DNA of 64,000 bases from Malacoraja senta (lineage: Eukaryota), in the NCBI GenBank assembly GCA_038087875.1, contig CM075979.1, positions 86,366,001 to 86,430,000 on the forward strand. The letters are read 5' to 3'. Below, one piece after another: positions 1 to 12,070 of the stretch. The notes beneath the pieces are model-generated. The model was given only the letters and a program-made list of their open reading frames with translations. It was not told the origin of the DNA and made no database searches. Every line of letters starts with the position of its first letter. The stretch's first letter is position 1. The position numbers and the translations under genes are program-made.

Positions 1-557
1 GTGCAGGTGAATTTGACACAGAAGGTTGCAAACAACTAGACATAATTGTGTGTGCATGCCTAGGTCAGTATACGCATCATTCAAACTCCTTAGATAGCAC
101 ATTTATGTTCACTTGAGGCCTGCAGAAAATTTAATCATAAGATATATGTATACCCATTGATTGTAAAATGATTGTAAAACCTTGGATTTGGAGGCATTTT
201 GCAAAGTTGAAGGTACTTCTGAAGGAAGAAGTCTTGTCTTGTGACCTAGGGTCCAAGATGATTTGTTTTCTTTTGTTCATCTCTGCGTTTTTTTTCCCCT
301 TCCCCAACTCCAAAGCCTCTAACATCCAATCCTATTGCTTGTCACTGCCCTTTTGATACCAAATAATGTGAAATGTGCAAGTCCCAATCAGTAGCATCTG
401 ATGCCTTGCTCCTCGGGCACAGCACTGAGTTCTGCACATTTACCCATTTACCCTAGTACCTTCCCTGGTACTAAAATGTTTGAGCCATTAAGTTTGTCTC
501 TGTTGGTATTTTAACCAATGTTAATATGTAAAGATGCTTTGCTGAATTATATTTCAG

Positions 558-581
558 GCAGAGTCTTTAGTATGGCTGCTT
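558..581 (+). CDS. WNK1: Candidate WNK1 alternative microexon (24 nt, phase 1-1; xRVFSMAA+T)
   Basis: tatatttcag|GCAGAGTCTTTAGTATGGCTGCTT|gtgagt. It is a multiple of 3, stop-free in the phase-1 frame of the downstream WNK1 exons, and has UGC motifs just upstream of the acceptor. Confidence 0.4.
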
Positions 582-2843
582 GTGAGTTGACATTGAATCT
601 TGTGACACAATGCCATTTTCACAATACTCGGCGAAACAGATCATTGTAAGGCATTGCTGGGCATCTACAGCCATGCGGAAAAAGACTGAATCAGAACATT
701 AACGTGAAAAGGCAGATACAGAACTCCTTAGTTGCATCCGTTTTGACGGAGTATTTTGCTGCAAAGTAACTCTAGCTTTTGTGAGTATTTTGAAACTATG
801 CTTTTTCTTAAAGAGAAAAGTTAATTGGTCAAAATTACCTTTTTTTTTAATGGATACCCGGTTTTAGCTCTTTGGATATTTTGTCCAAAGTTTAATGATG
901 TTTTACTATTGAGTGTACCTCAACAGCTACTGCATCGTTTGAGTTCACACAAAAACTAGCAGCATGGTTTGTTGCTGAGAGCTTGCAATTTAGCAAGCTT
1001 AAATTCTGCAATAACCAACTTAAAATCCCTGTGTTTCAGATGAGCTATAGATAATTAATGCAATTTTCCATGACATTGATTTATTAAAATTCAATGCTGT
1101 AGTACACTAACATCTGCTTTTGTAATCATTATAACTGTTGGTGGCCCTTTGGGGGTTGAGATAAAAACAACACTAACTCAGAGAAAGGTGTTGGTCGTTT
1201 GAATCATAACAGCTACATTAACACGGGAAAAATGACAGAATTTTCTTTAAAATACAATTGAAATTTTTGGTTGGGGGAACAAATTCCCATTTGGAATCTG
1301 GTCTTGGTGTGCAAAACTAAAGCATCTTTTCTTCTCCCAAGTTATAAACCTTTCTTTAGGCTACTGTAGAATCCTTGCATTATTGCAGTATTCTCATTTC
1401 AGAACCTTCCTGTGATAGTAGTAGGTCACCTTTGGACATTGGTAGGTCAGTATTCCAATTCTTGTCCTGAAACTTTTAATAGGAAAGGCTAGCAATGTTT
1501 TAAAATTTCCATGCATTGCATGGCAACTCTTTCTTTCAATAAGTTTTTGACCATTTTGTTTTTTGTTGCTGTTGTTGACTAGAAACATCATTAGAAAAAG
1601 CCCCCTTGTCCTTTATTCATGCCAGGTTTCTGTTTTAAAATTAACAAAATCTGAACTTTAACAAAAAACTTAAAATATGCTTTTGTTAATCTAATTGTAA
1701 TAAAATCTTTAATGTGTTTTTAATAAAACATTTGTGTTTGGGCATTCCATCTGCCAGTGGTCAATTTGTTTCAAAACTAAATTTAAGCCTAGATACTAGA
1801 TATTTGTACCATAGTTCCGATTTCAGCAACAATGGTGTAATACAATGAATGATTTGTCTTCTCTCATATCATAGTTGCATATAAATATGGAATAGTTTAG
1901 CTTAATTAAAACACCAAGATACTGTAATCAATCAAGTGTAAGCTTACATCCTTTAACCATATGGTTTTACCATACATTAGTCAAAAGAGTTCACACTAGT
2001 TCCCCTGAATTAATTTGTCTGTCCTCCCTCCTTCAAAGTACATTTTCAAGTGGTTTGCTAACATAATTGTACAGTTCAATTAATGAAAAGGCAAGAAATT
2101 TGTCTGGATAGGCTTTACAAAAGAAGCTTGATCTGTAATTTTACATGAATCACCCTGCCTCACTCTTCCATCTTCTCTGGCACTCTTCACTTGTTCACAT
2201 TTAGTCAGGAACTTACTGTTTACTTAGTTGTTGCACAATTATACAAGTGTGATATATGGATATATTGCAGAAGTAAAGCAGGCTTGTGGTGAGAGAGAGA
2301 GAAAGAGATAGGGAAGGGGAAAGTCAGATCAAGATTAGATGACAATGGTTGAGTTCTCTGGCTAATTTGCTGTCCTGAAAAACAGATCTGGGTGTTTTAA
2401 TTTAAGACTTCCTGTTAAATCCTTACATCAATTCCATGGGGGTATTTGGAATCATTGTAATTCAGTACAAAAAATGCAAAGAATGATACTTGTTACTGAA
2501 ATAATGCCGTGCCATATGTTCCACAAGTTCACTAAATTTCAATATTTCTGCATAAATTGAAAATATGGGTAACATACACTAGATGAGAATTGACTTTACT
2601 ACTTGACTTGGTGTGTGGTGGAATGCTCCAGTCATTTTCCTGATTTGCGAAAACACTTTGAATCCCACAGGCTGGTATGGATGCAGGTCCAGTGGACTTT
2701 TATCTCTGCTAATCCTAGTGCATGTCAGTTTAAATGTTCAACAAAGCAGCATGGCTTCCTACGAGTTTACATCTCATGGAAGTTGTTTGATTACAGCTTT
2801 CTTACCGTCTTGGTCTCAATTTTCTGATCTTTCCACTATCTAG

Positions 2844-2852
2844 CAGCTCTGT
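2844..2852 (+). CDS. WNK1: Candidate WNK1 microexon, 9 nt (2844-2852) or 6 nt (2847-2852) via a NAGNAG acceptor
   Basis: ttttctgatctttccactatctagcag|CTCTGT|gtaagt: pyrimidine tract, tandem tag/cag acceptors and a consensus donor. In phase 1 it gives (x)A-L-W or (x)L-W joined to KMVKK, resembling the ...ALWKMVKK junction I recall from long mammalian WNK1 isoforms. Confidence 0.5.
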
Positions 2853-3204
2853 GTAAGTAACTTCATATTACAAGCAAGCATTGTGGTTATTGAAGCTTAA
2901 AGAGGGAATAAATATATTGGATGGTAACTTTAACATATGGTGCATAAAAGACTGTCTTTACCTTTTCCTTAAGACATTTGGAAATGGTCAAGGCAAATTT
3001 ATTTTGCAGCACTTTCTGATAATAAACTCAGCATTTTTAGTTTACTGATTATATGAGAGAAGAATTTTTGCAAATTACATTAATGAAAAACTAATTTAAA
3101 ATACACGTCTTAAATTTTACTTCCAAGCTAAAGTGTTGTTTGGCACAGCAAACTATTATTTTCACACTGATATACTAAAATGATACCCATGAATTGATAG
3201 ACAC

Positions 3205-3537
3205 AGTTATAGAAAGATACACTATGGAAACAGACCCTTCAGCCCACCGTGTACACTACTACTGTGATTTAGATAAATGCTGCATTATTCCATTTTTAAA
3301 TTCTCCCTAATTCTTGTCAACTCCTTGCAGATTTTATCATTTACCTGCACACTAGGGGCAATTTACAATGGGATTTAGCCTACTCGCTAATTGGGATGTG
3401 GGAGGAAACCAAAGCACAGAGAAGAAACTTGGGTCAGAGGCGGAACATGCAGATTCCAGACATAGCACCCATGGTCAGAGTTAACTGGGGTCTAACACTG
3501 AGGCAGTGGCTCTATCAGCTGTACTTCTGCAATGCCC
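3205..3537 (-). mobile_element. Degenerate HE1-type V-SINE
   Basis: The reverse complement resembles the SINE at 49208-49517 (gggca.. tRNA-like head, ttcctcccacatccc V-domain, gaagggtctgtttcc LINE-derived tail). Confidence 0.6.
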
Positions 3538-4356
3538 ATAGGATGCTGATAACACCTTTTTAGAATCTGGTATGAAATTAATCTGATTGCTAAATGACTC
3601 TTCCCTACAACGCATTTATTTTCTGTCGTCCCCTCATTTTGACCCTCCTGGTTTTCATTAGAGAATTGGGTGCATTGGACTTGATGATATTATTGTTCTA
3701 TAAACAGATTCAGATTCTGCCTGAATTAGCTAACAATACACAACTTGCATTATATATGGCATAGAGAGACACACAAACGATGGCCGTTTAAAATTATTTG
3801 TCTGTGATCTTGAACGGAATGTGTTCCTTCTTGACCACAGCCTACCCAAAGTATGTTTGCTGTTTCCAGTTTGCTGGTTTATTACAACACTAAGGCAGCA
3901 ATTGAGAGAAAAATAATTTTCTTTGGTATATGCGACCTGACCATTGTATCGTGCTGCAGAGCAGTTGCGTTGTATAGAGTACAGATAATGAAATAAAGAT
4001 CAATAGGGAAACTGTAAGTTTTATGTTCTGAAAACTAGGAGGCAATTTTTTGTTTAATTGAATAATTGGTTTTCTATTGCTCCAAATTTGTAATTGTCAA
4101 GCTGTTAAAGGTTGCATGACTAATAAAATGTTGTAATGGGTTCGAAGAAGTATACTTGCTTTTTACTAAAATTACTGTTTAATGAGGCTCTCACTTCCTG
4201 GATTTTGCACATATGCACTGAATGATAACCATTTGCTTCCTCTTTGATTTTACTGTGACAGAATCCCATATCACACAAATCAATTCAATTGATATTAATG
4301 TACTTTTTCCCATTCTGTATGTTTCTCTTCTCCAAGCACTTTTCTTTATTCTTTAG

Positions 4357-4398
4357 GGAAGATGGTGAAAAAAGTCTGCCCATGCAACCAATTGTGTA
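4357..4398 (+). CDS. WNK1: WNK1 alternative small exon (42 nt; xKMVKKVCPCNQLC), exon-26b-like
   Basis: tttctttattctttag|GGAAGATGGTGAAAAAAGTCTGCCCATGCAACCAATTGTGTA|gtaatt. The peptide matches the KMVKKVCPCNQLC insert I recall from neural mammalian WNK1 isoforms, and phase 1-1 joins the next exon in frame. Confidence 0.85.
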
Positions 4399-4907
4399 GT
4401 AATTATCCTTTTCTCATGTTTTACTTCGCATGTGACACTTTGATATTATAATCCTTGCAACTGACTTTAGCAGTTCAGCTCATGCGATTTATTTTGAGGT
4501 TTCTACAACATTAAGTGTATGGGAGGGCAAATTTGCTTCTTTCTGTTGCTTGATGTAAAGCAATGTTAGAATAGATTTTTCCGATTGGCTTTATGGCTTA
4601 TTTTGAAAGAATATGTAGACTTAAAATTTATAATACATTTATTTTTATAGATTAGCAAATTGAAATGTAATCTGAAATAAAAATTAAAAACATTTCCCAA
4701 CCTTTCATTTGAAAGTAATCCTTGTCCATGACAAAATTTTAAGTGAAATAATAAATAAATTGATAAATAGTATCACTAGTAGTGTTTCCTCCCCCACCTC
4801 TACCCCAAAAACCTCATCCCTTGCTCACATGCTGAACTTAGCTGGCCAATTATCAGATACGACAAAACCTATAATGCTGAAGTCAAGTGTAAAGATAGCT
4901 TTGGTCT

Positions 4908-5142
4908 TGCATGTGCTAAGAGCTGATTAAGTTGTGAATGTGGATTAATTTAATGTTTTGTTATCTGGGTGCATTGCATGCTCAATGCAACTTGGCTTTA
5001 ATACATCCTTGAGTCACCTGCAAGCAGTAGAGAAAGATTGCATGAAGCCTTTATTAAAAAATGGCTTAACTAATAAACTTGTACATACAGTTCCTCTATT
5101 CTAACACAAACGTAGACCATACAGTCCGAAGTGGGATGCATG
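4908..5142 (+). promoter_or_regulatory. Cluster of four RBFOX motifs (TGCATG), putative intronic splicing enhancer
   Basis: TGCATG at 4908, 4975, 5039 and 5137; also GCATG at 4428 and TGCATG at 4113. The cluster lies downstream of the 42-nt exon. Confidence 0.6.
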
Positions 5143-5560
5143 ATATGAATGTAAGAATTACAGGCAAATTCTTTAGCTTTGTTCAGGGTCTCTGCACAAT
5201 AGTCTGGATCCATTAACGGATCACCTTCAGAAGATATTAGTCAAACTTGTCACCTTTCTTTAACTGATTCAATTCAACAACAACAAAAAAACACTTAAAT
5301 TACATCCTTTATGAAGAGAAACACACGAGTTGCTTAAAACCATCATTAACCTTTGTTGCGGAGTGACAAGAAAATAGCATTCATCTTTATTGTTTGTGAT
5401 AAATTCTAGTAATGTTTGGTATGTATCAAGAACAAGTATAGGAAGCCATCAAACAAAGTTATCGTCTAGTATTAAAATATCAGCAAGTTATTTTTCTTTT
5501 ATTTGAGAACTCTGATCATAATTTCGAAAAATTAATTTGATCAACTTTCTATTTTGCCAG

Positions 5561-5751
5561 GGACAACTAGCACAAATGCAGTAAGTGGGGTTGGGCAAAT
5601 GCCCCAACAACCAGCAATGACAAGCAGAAAAGGCACCTTCACAGATGATTTGCATAAGTTGGTAGATAATTGGGCTCGAGATGCGATGAACCTTTCACAG
5701 AACAAGCGTGGTATAAAGCAGCAGGGTCAACCAGGCCAGCATTATTCTGAA
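5561..5751 (+). CDS. WNK1: WNK1 penultimate coding exon
   Basis: ttttgccag acceptor and GAA|gtaagt donor. Encodes GTTSTN...RKGTFTDDLHKLVDNWARDAMNLS, the conserved WNK C-terminal motif. Confidence 0.95.
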
Positions 5752-5984
5752 GTAAGTAAGCCTGCCGTTCATGCTTAGAAATAGTTTTAAAAGGTGTGTC
5801 ATTGGCCTCGCTGAGAGTGCTGATATTGAGTTAAATGACCAGTTGATTTGTTTTCCAGAATGTGTATCTTGAGGTGGGAATGTTAATTGGGATAACAGGA
5901 AGGATTTGGGTCTTGAAAAGCTGCCATATAGCTTTCCACTTTTTTAAAACTTGGGTGGAATTGGAGACAGGGCCTGCAAGGATG

Positions 5985-6420
5985 CATTCTCAGCCCCATA
6001 GTATGTTCCCCATTCACTCATGACTGATGCCAAATTCTGCTCTATCTTCATTTACAAATTTGTAGATGACACCATTGTAGTTGGCCTTATTGAGACAGAG
6101 TACAAGAAGGAGATAGCGTTTAGTAACATGGTGTTCGGACAACGCCCACTACCTCAGTGTCAGCAAGATAGAATGAATTATGGACTTGGGGAAGCAAGGT
6201 GGTGTACACTTCCAAGCCAGGATCAATGATGCTGTAGTGGAGGTGGTTGAGAGCATAGAATTCCTCGGCGTATATAAAGCACAAATTTGTCCTGAACATT
6301 GAAGCCACAGCCAAGAAAACACACCGATAGCTTTACTTCCTCGGAAGACCACGGAAGTCCTGCGTGCATCCATCTTACACTTGCCAACTTCTACAGGATG
6401 CAGCGAAGTATCCGATTGGA
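5985..6420 (+). mobile_element. Decayed non-LTR retrotransposon RT fragment (Rex1/Babar-like)
   Basis: Translates to YKFVDDTIVVGLI..ETEYKKEI (KFADDT-like RT motif), with frameshifts. Confidence 0.6.
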
Positions 6421-6740
6421 ATGCAAAAAATTGAAGTATGCTCTGTCCAGCACGCAAAAAAGAGCTATTCATTATATCTCCTTATACTTGCCAAAAATAT
6501 ACTAATACTAATACCAATACAGATACTGAAGTTTCTTTTGTAGATTCTGTGGCAAACTGCAGGATTCGTATGTTAGATTGAAAACTCATCAGGACATTCC
6601 TAATTTACTAGAAGCAGCTCTAAACCTTGCCCTTTGAACCACCAATTAAAACCATTTCAGAATTATTATTTTTAGAGGTGTCATTAGTTTTTTCATAGGT
6701 AGCTATTCTATTAATGCTGTTTGTTTATAACGTTTTACAG

Positions 6741-7061
6741 ACAATGCCGAGGAAGTATTCAGCACCAGGTCAACTTTGCGTCTCCATGACCAATTCTGTG
6801 GGAGGACCTTCTATTTCTGCTTCCTCAGTGGGTTCACTGGGTCCTTTCAGCAAGACTCCTCTCTGCCAGTATGGTTATCCTGGAGCGCCATATGGAGCTC
6901 AGTGGACTGGAGCACCTCCCCAACAGCAACCAGGCATTATAGCACCAACGGCTGGCCTCCAGTTTCAAGGAGTTGGTGCCACATCACTACAGAGCTTTCC
7001 CTTGGGTACTTTGCAGAAATCTGTCAGCAGCCCTACCGGATCCAATCTTAGGACAACGTAG
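6741..7061 (+). CDS. WNK1: WNK1 last coding exon
   Basis: cgttttacag acceptor. Encodes TMPRKYSAPGQLCVSMTNS...LQKSVSSPTGSNLRTT*, matching the WNK1 C-terminus (RKFSAPGQLC...SNLRTT). Confidence 0.96.
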   Translation, partial: TMPRKYSAPGQLCVSMTNSVGGPSISASSVGSLGPFSKTPLCQYGYPGAPYGAQWTGAPPQQQPGIIAPTAGLQFQGVGATSLQSFPLGTLQKSVSSPTGSNLRTT

Positions 7062-10000
7062 ATTCTAGTTCTGGATAAGTGTGATCAATAGACTGAGTGG
7101 AATTCAAGGTTAAATGCCTCTGCTGATGTTGCCAGGGCTAGGTCATAGAGCTTCAAAGCATACAAATGGCTGACACTGCTTTTATATACACAGCATCATT
7201 GAGAGCTATTTTACTAGTTCTGTTTCAAACAGCGTTCTGTGCGGACATGTATTTACCCATCAGTTTTTGATGTTCAAACACTGTGATATATAAATGTTGT
7301 TGGACAACAGTAGTTTAAAGTGGATTTAGAGGGTTGAAAGTTTTAAAGAAAAACATAAAAAAAACTAAAGCTAGCTATAATCCATACTTATCAGAGACAC
7401 TTTAACTTCCTTTGTTACTTCATTGTATTAGATAAATAAATGTGAATGTAAAATTGTATAAATGTACTTGAATACCTGTTTTCCCAGTATGCTTGCTGGA
7501 TTCATAGTGCCTTGTATTGTGCTTCTGACTTGTCTGCAGGAAAGCACTTAGTGTCCCCAACAGAGAAAATAAAGAGGAAGAGAGCAAGTGAAGATGGAGT
7601 TGTGGTAATGTGAATAGTTACACTTGTTCTTTAACAGAGCTATTGTCACAGGCAGTGACTGAAATGCCATCCATTCCCCTTAATCTGTTCTTGTCTTCAT
7701 CCTTCCCTCCCCGGTGATAGCCTTTTAATTACTGAAAATGTGGAGCACTTAAGGCCAAGGTAATAATGGTTTAAGTTTTCTCATGTAGTTTAAGGGTCTG
7801 CATTTTCCAGAATTTTCGTCAAGTGCCGTTGCTTCCAAAAATGCATTGGAAAAATCATTTACATTTGATTCTATTAAAGTTCCCAAGTCAAATTTATTAT
7901 TTAATAGTTATCACTATGAATACTGCTGAAATATAATAAAAGCAGCAGTCCTTTTACATACCAGAACATTTCGGGTTCCTTCAAGTGGTATTAAATTGAT
8001 GGAGGAAAATTAGGTTCTGCAAAAAATCCACCATTAATCTTTTAGTGTAATTCATCATTGCAGTTTATTGATCTGTTCGTTTACAGATGACCATGGCAAC
8101 GTTTACTCTGTGGTTGTAGGCTATCACCATTAAAATAACCTTTGAAGCAACACAGAACAATGTTATTCATCTGGATGTATGGGAAGTGTGAAGAGTGTCA
8201 TGGAGAACTTGCAATCACTTCAGGAAGGCCTTTCTGATGCTAACCCTTGGTTTTTCCTAGAATGTAAATCCTGATTTCCAAATGTAATCCTATATTGGTC
8301 ATAATCTATTCAGCTGTGGTGACCAGATTTGGGCCAAGTGCTTTAATTTAAACATCACAAAATTAAAAAGACCGAGCTGATGTAGAGCCATTGATTTCCC
8401 CATTGATATATGTATAAAATAAACAGAGATTTAATTCCTGTAAGAACAGTTACTTGAAAATTTGCGACTTTTTCCATTTCCCCAATCCAGAAAATATTTT
8501 TCCTTCCTCATTTCACATTTCAATGCAAACTACACATTTAGTTTTGTTTTGCCAGGTATTTGCAAAAAAGTGACTCGTAAAGAACTGGTTGAGAGTTATG
8601 TTGCAGTTTATAGTGATATGAAAATAAAAGGACAAATACACAAAATTTGGATGCAAAGGTTGTTTCAGAGAGTTTGTTCTCTGACTTTTATCAAAGAACT
8701 GTTAAAATCCTGCATTTGTACTTGTTACAAACTGCAGTTGAGCACTTTATTTTGATTTTTTTTTCAAGTAAAATTGAGGAAGGTTGCACCATTTATTAAA
8801 ATATTTTTTCAATATGAATGAATGGTTAGTTCTGCTGTAACTGTTACAACAATTCATGGAACTGAAGAATTTTTACTGCAGCACTTGTTGCAGACTATTG
8901 CTGAAAAGTGAGCCTTAAACAATATTGAATAGAGTTGGGAAGCTTAAACTGAAGTTGTAGAAGTAGACATACTATAGCAAATTATTCCATTAGCTCTTGT
9001 TTGAAATACCCAAACTCTAAAAAAAAGCATGCTTTGAAATTAGAGTTCTCTTGTAAAAAGTACCTGTTATGAAGAACACACTTTTCTCTCTAAAGGCTTT
9101 TAATACAAAAAGCTTAGAATTATCGTGTAATTTTATTGTTAGTTGGAAATGTAATGGTATTCTGTACACCTGCTTTGGGGAAGGAGGGGTGGGATTTCTT
9201 TTATTTTAGGCAGATAGGCATGATAATGAGAACTTTTTATTTCTTTGTCTTTGCTTCCCTTTTAATAAAATTTGACGGTATGGGGGAGTTTCAGCAGGTG
9301 CTTTTGTATCTTCTACCCCATGCTTCATCATATTTCTTATTTCTGTATGTGGATTAATTTCTTTAAATCAAAGCAAATAAAGGCAAGTACTACAACCAGT
9401 ATTACTCCTTAGACTGCAATAAACTGTGAAAAGTCCACACAAATACGTTGCTTTTTAAAAAAAGTTGAAAGTATAATTTTTCGATGAGTTATCTGACCTC
9501 TAAAACCCTAGATCTTCTGTGAAATTTGTACTATTTGCATGGGGTTGAGGAGGTGGCTCAAGTTTCTAAATAGTCTTTTTTTCCCTTTGCCCAACTATTC
9601 ACCCCTCCCCGTGAAAAAAACTCCAGTTGATGTAGAATAATATGCAATAAATAATCCTGGGACTGCTATTGAGGATGTTGGTTACTTGGTATTTGTTTTT
9701 GGTTCCTGTTTAAGTACAGGCAGAGAGTTACGAGTTTCAGTACATGTATGCTATTCCTGTGCATATTTTTTATGCAGTTAATATATTCTGTATTATGTTG
9801 CTCTAATTAAGAATTATTCTCATACAACAACTAGAGCAAATAGCAGCTGGTCTTCATTTTATTTTTAATTTGGGTGCAGAGCACATTTCTTTCTCTCCAT
9901 CTCTCCTTGTCTTGGGCTTTTTTAATATTGTGCAAAAAGCTTGATCCATTTGCCATTTCCCTTATGGAAAACAATTGAAAAAATGTACAAATGTTATAAA

Positions 10001-10310
10001 TGCTACTGACTGGTGTTAAATTATTTTCTGTAATACCTTTCTCCCCACCCTCCCCCTCCCATCAAATTGCAGTCTTGAATCTCTTCTGTTGCTCTGGAGT
10101 TCAGTGTCTGTCCAAGAGATCTCCTTTCATTATTTAACATTATACACTGTAAAGAAATATGGGGATCATTTGCAACATGAATTGTATGTTTGCACTAAAT
10201 AAAGGTGTTGAGCTACATGCAAGATTGCGCTTTGCGCTGAAATTTGTTACTTTCTTTGTAGATTATTAACTGAAATCATTCAAATAAAAATGATCAAAAT
10301 CTCAGTACAT
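7062..10310 (+). other. WNK1: WNK1 long 3'UTR with candidate poly(A) signals
   Basis: AU-rich region with no recognisable repeats after the stop codon. AATAAA at 7435-7440 (proximal), 10198-10203 and 10283-10288 (distal), with others between. The end point is inferred. Confidence 0.55.
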
Positions 10311-11668
10311 CTGTTTGCATATTTCTCACATTAATAACCTTGCCTTCTTTTTCATGATTAGTTTTAGTAGTTTGCTTATTTGGAAGGTTCAGTGTTAGTG
10401 ATTAGAGAACCAATGAGCTACATGTAAAAGTCAACCAAACCGCTGTTGCTACATTTGATGTTGTTTCTTATGGAGTTCAATAGGGTAAAATTGCTCTAAA
10501 AGAAAAGTGCTGCCCATAGAAGTCCCAGTTCACAAAATTACTATGAATGACAAAGACTTCCATTCACTTAATTAATCCAGGAAATTCCTAAAATACGTAT
10601 TAAACCCGACTGTTTCTTAAATATAGCTAGAGTTTCCATCTCCACAGCTTCATGTTAGATTGCTGTGATTGTTTTATGTTTTTCCTTTAACTTTCACTGG
10701 TTTGGAGTTGCCTCGCTTTCTTCCCACCTTGATTGATATTTCTTCAGCATTTTTCAATTGCCTTTAAAATGCTGTAGAATGCTTTTCTCAACCGGAACCT
10801 TTTTCCATGTTTAAAAAATCTTGATTTAAGTTGTAACAAACTACCAATGCAATGCTTTTGTTTTTCTGCATTGGGAACAGAATGTTACAAAGTAGGATAC
10901 AAGGACAGGGGAAGGGGGTGTGGGAGATGTGCTTATCGGTTTCACTTCAGTTAATCAAATAGTAGCCACAGAATACGGGGAAAGAGTGGACTTTTGGAAT
11001 TAGGAGGAACAGGCAGAAAAAGCAAGGTCACAAGTTTTTAATCATGATAATATCAAGAGTGCACAAATGTACAATTATAAAGATATTAGAATTCTGTGGA
11101 AGGGGTAAAATAATACAACACAGTTTAAAAAAAAAAAACATGTCACTCAGTCTTTCTCCAGCTCAGTCTCTTGTTTTAATGGAACTTGCATTATTTTGCC
11201 GGCATGGACAGTTTATAAAGATGGCAACTAAGTGTATTAAGACCAAACACTGATGTTTTGTGCCCGTAGGCATATAAATTAATGAATTTTGCAGTTAATA
11301 GACAGCGTATCTACTAATTGTACCTTTTTGCATAATTTACGTCAAGTTGCAAGATGCATTCGAGTCTGGAGGATGAAAATATTGCTGATCTTTGAAATAA
11401 TGTACAGATTATCTTTGCATTTTGAACTTATAAGTCTACAATTATTTTGGTAATAAATAAAAAATCTCTGGATGCTTAGACAATTATGATGACCAAGAAT
11501 CGGAAGATCAACAATACAAAATTAGACTACAATCACATTACTTGATAATATCACCTGTCCTCCATTTCTCCCACCCATTTCAGTGCAATGGTGCATTCGA
11601 AATTTGACAAGCTTGGACAACTTTTGTTGCTTTCTACACAAATTCCCTTAATATTGATTTAAAAAATG

Positions 11669-11674
11669 TTTATT
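11669..11674 (-). terminator. RAD52: Candidate RAD52 poly(A) signal
   Basis: TTTATT on + (AATAAA on -), about 335 nt past the RAD52 stop. Confidence 0.4.
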
Positions 11675-12008
11675 TTTCAATATTTCCCCACACGTACTCA
11701 TAGCAAACTATCTACACCTAATGGAAGAGTCTCTATACATCAGTAGAATTGCTAGCAGTTGTTTCTGTTGTGATGCTGTATATTCAAAATAGCAGCATAA
11801 AATGTTCCTGGGAAATATCATTGTTACACATGATGTAGATTTGAAATGAACTTAGACGGGCAAATCCTATAAAGGAATTCAATGAACATGAAAATTAGCA
11901 CTATCCTTAAAGGCTGTTTTTGAGTGACACTGGACATTCCTCACAAACAAAAACACAAAGGTAAAAACGAAGACAATAAAAAAGTAATATTTTGGCAAAT
12001 TGATGTTT

Positions 12009-12070
12009 TCAGGCAGGTTCCAATCTGCGTTTCTTCATGAATTGCCCCATTCGGCAAGGACTGGATTCTA
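12009..12070 (-). CDS. RAD52: RAD52 last coding exon ([21 protein letters not shown]-terminal NLS)
   Basis: ttttatttccag acceptor, phase 1. The MKKRR NLS parallels human MKKRKYDPS*. Confidence 0.9.

Noticed and set aside
2603-2843. ORFs 2603-2827 and 2613-2843 as a large WNK1 exon or poison exon (cacag at 2670)
   Set aside because: Weak pyrimidine tract and unrecognised peptide with an in-frame stop. The micro-exon reading at 2844/2847-2852 explains the donor better.
5187-5263. Possible extra WNK1 exon after ctttgttcag
   Set aside because: No convincing donor before the stop, and no similarity to WNK sequences I recognise.
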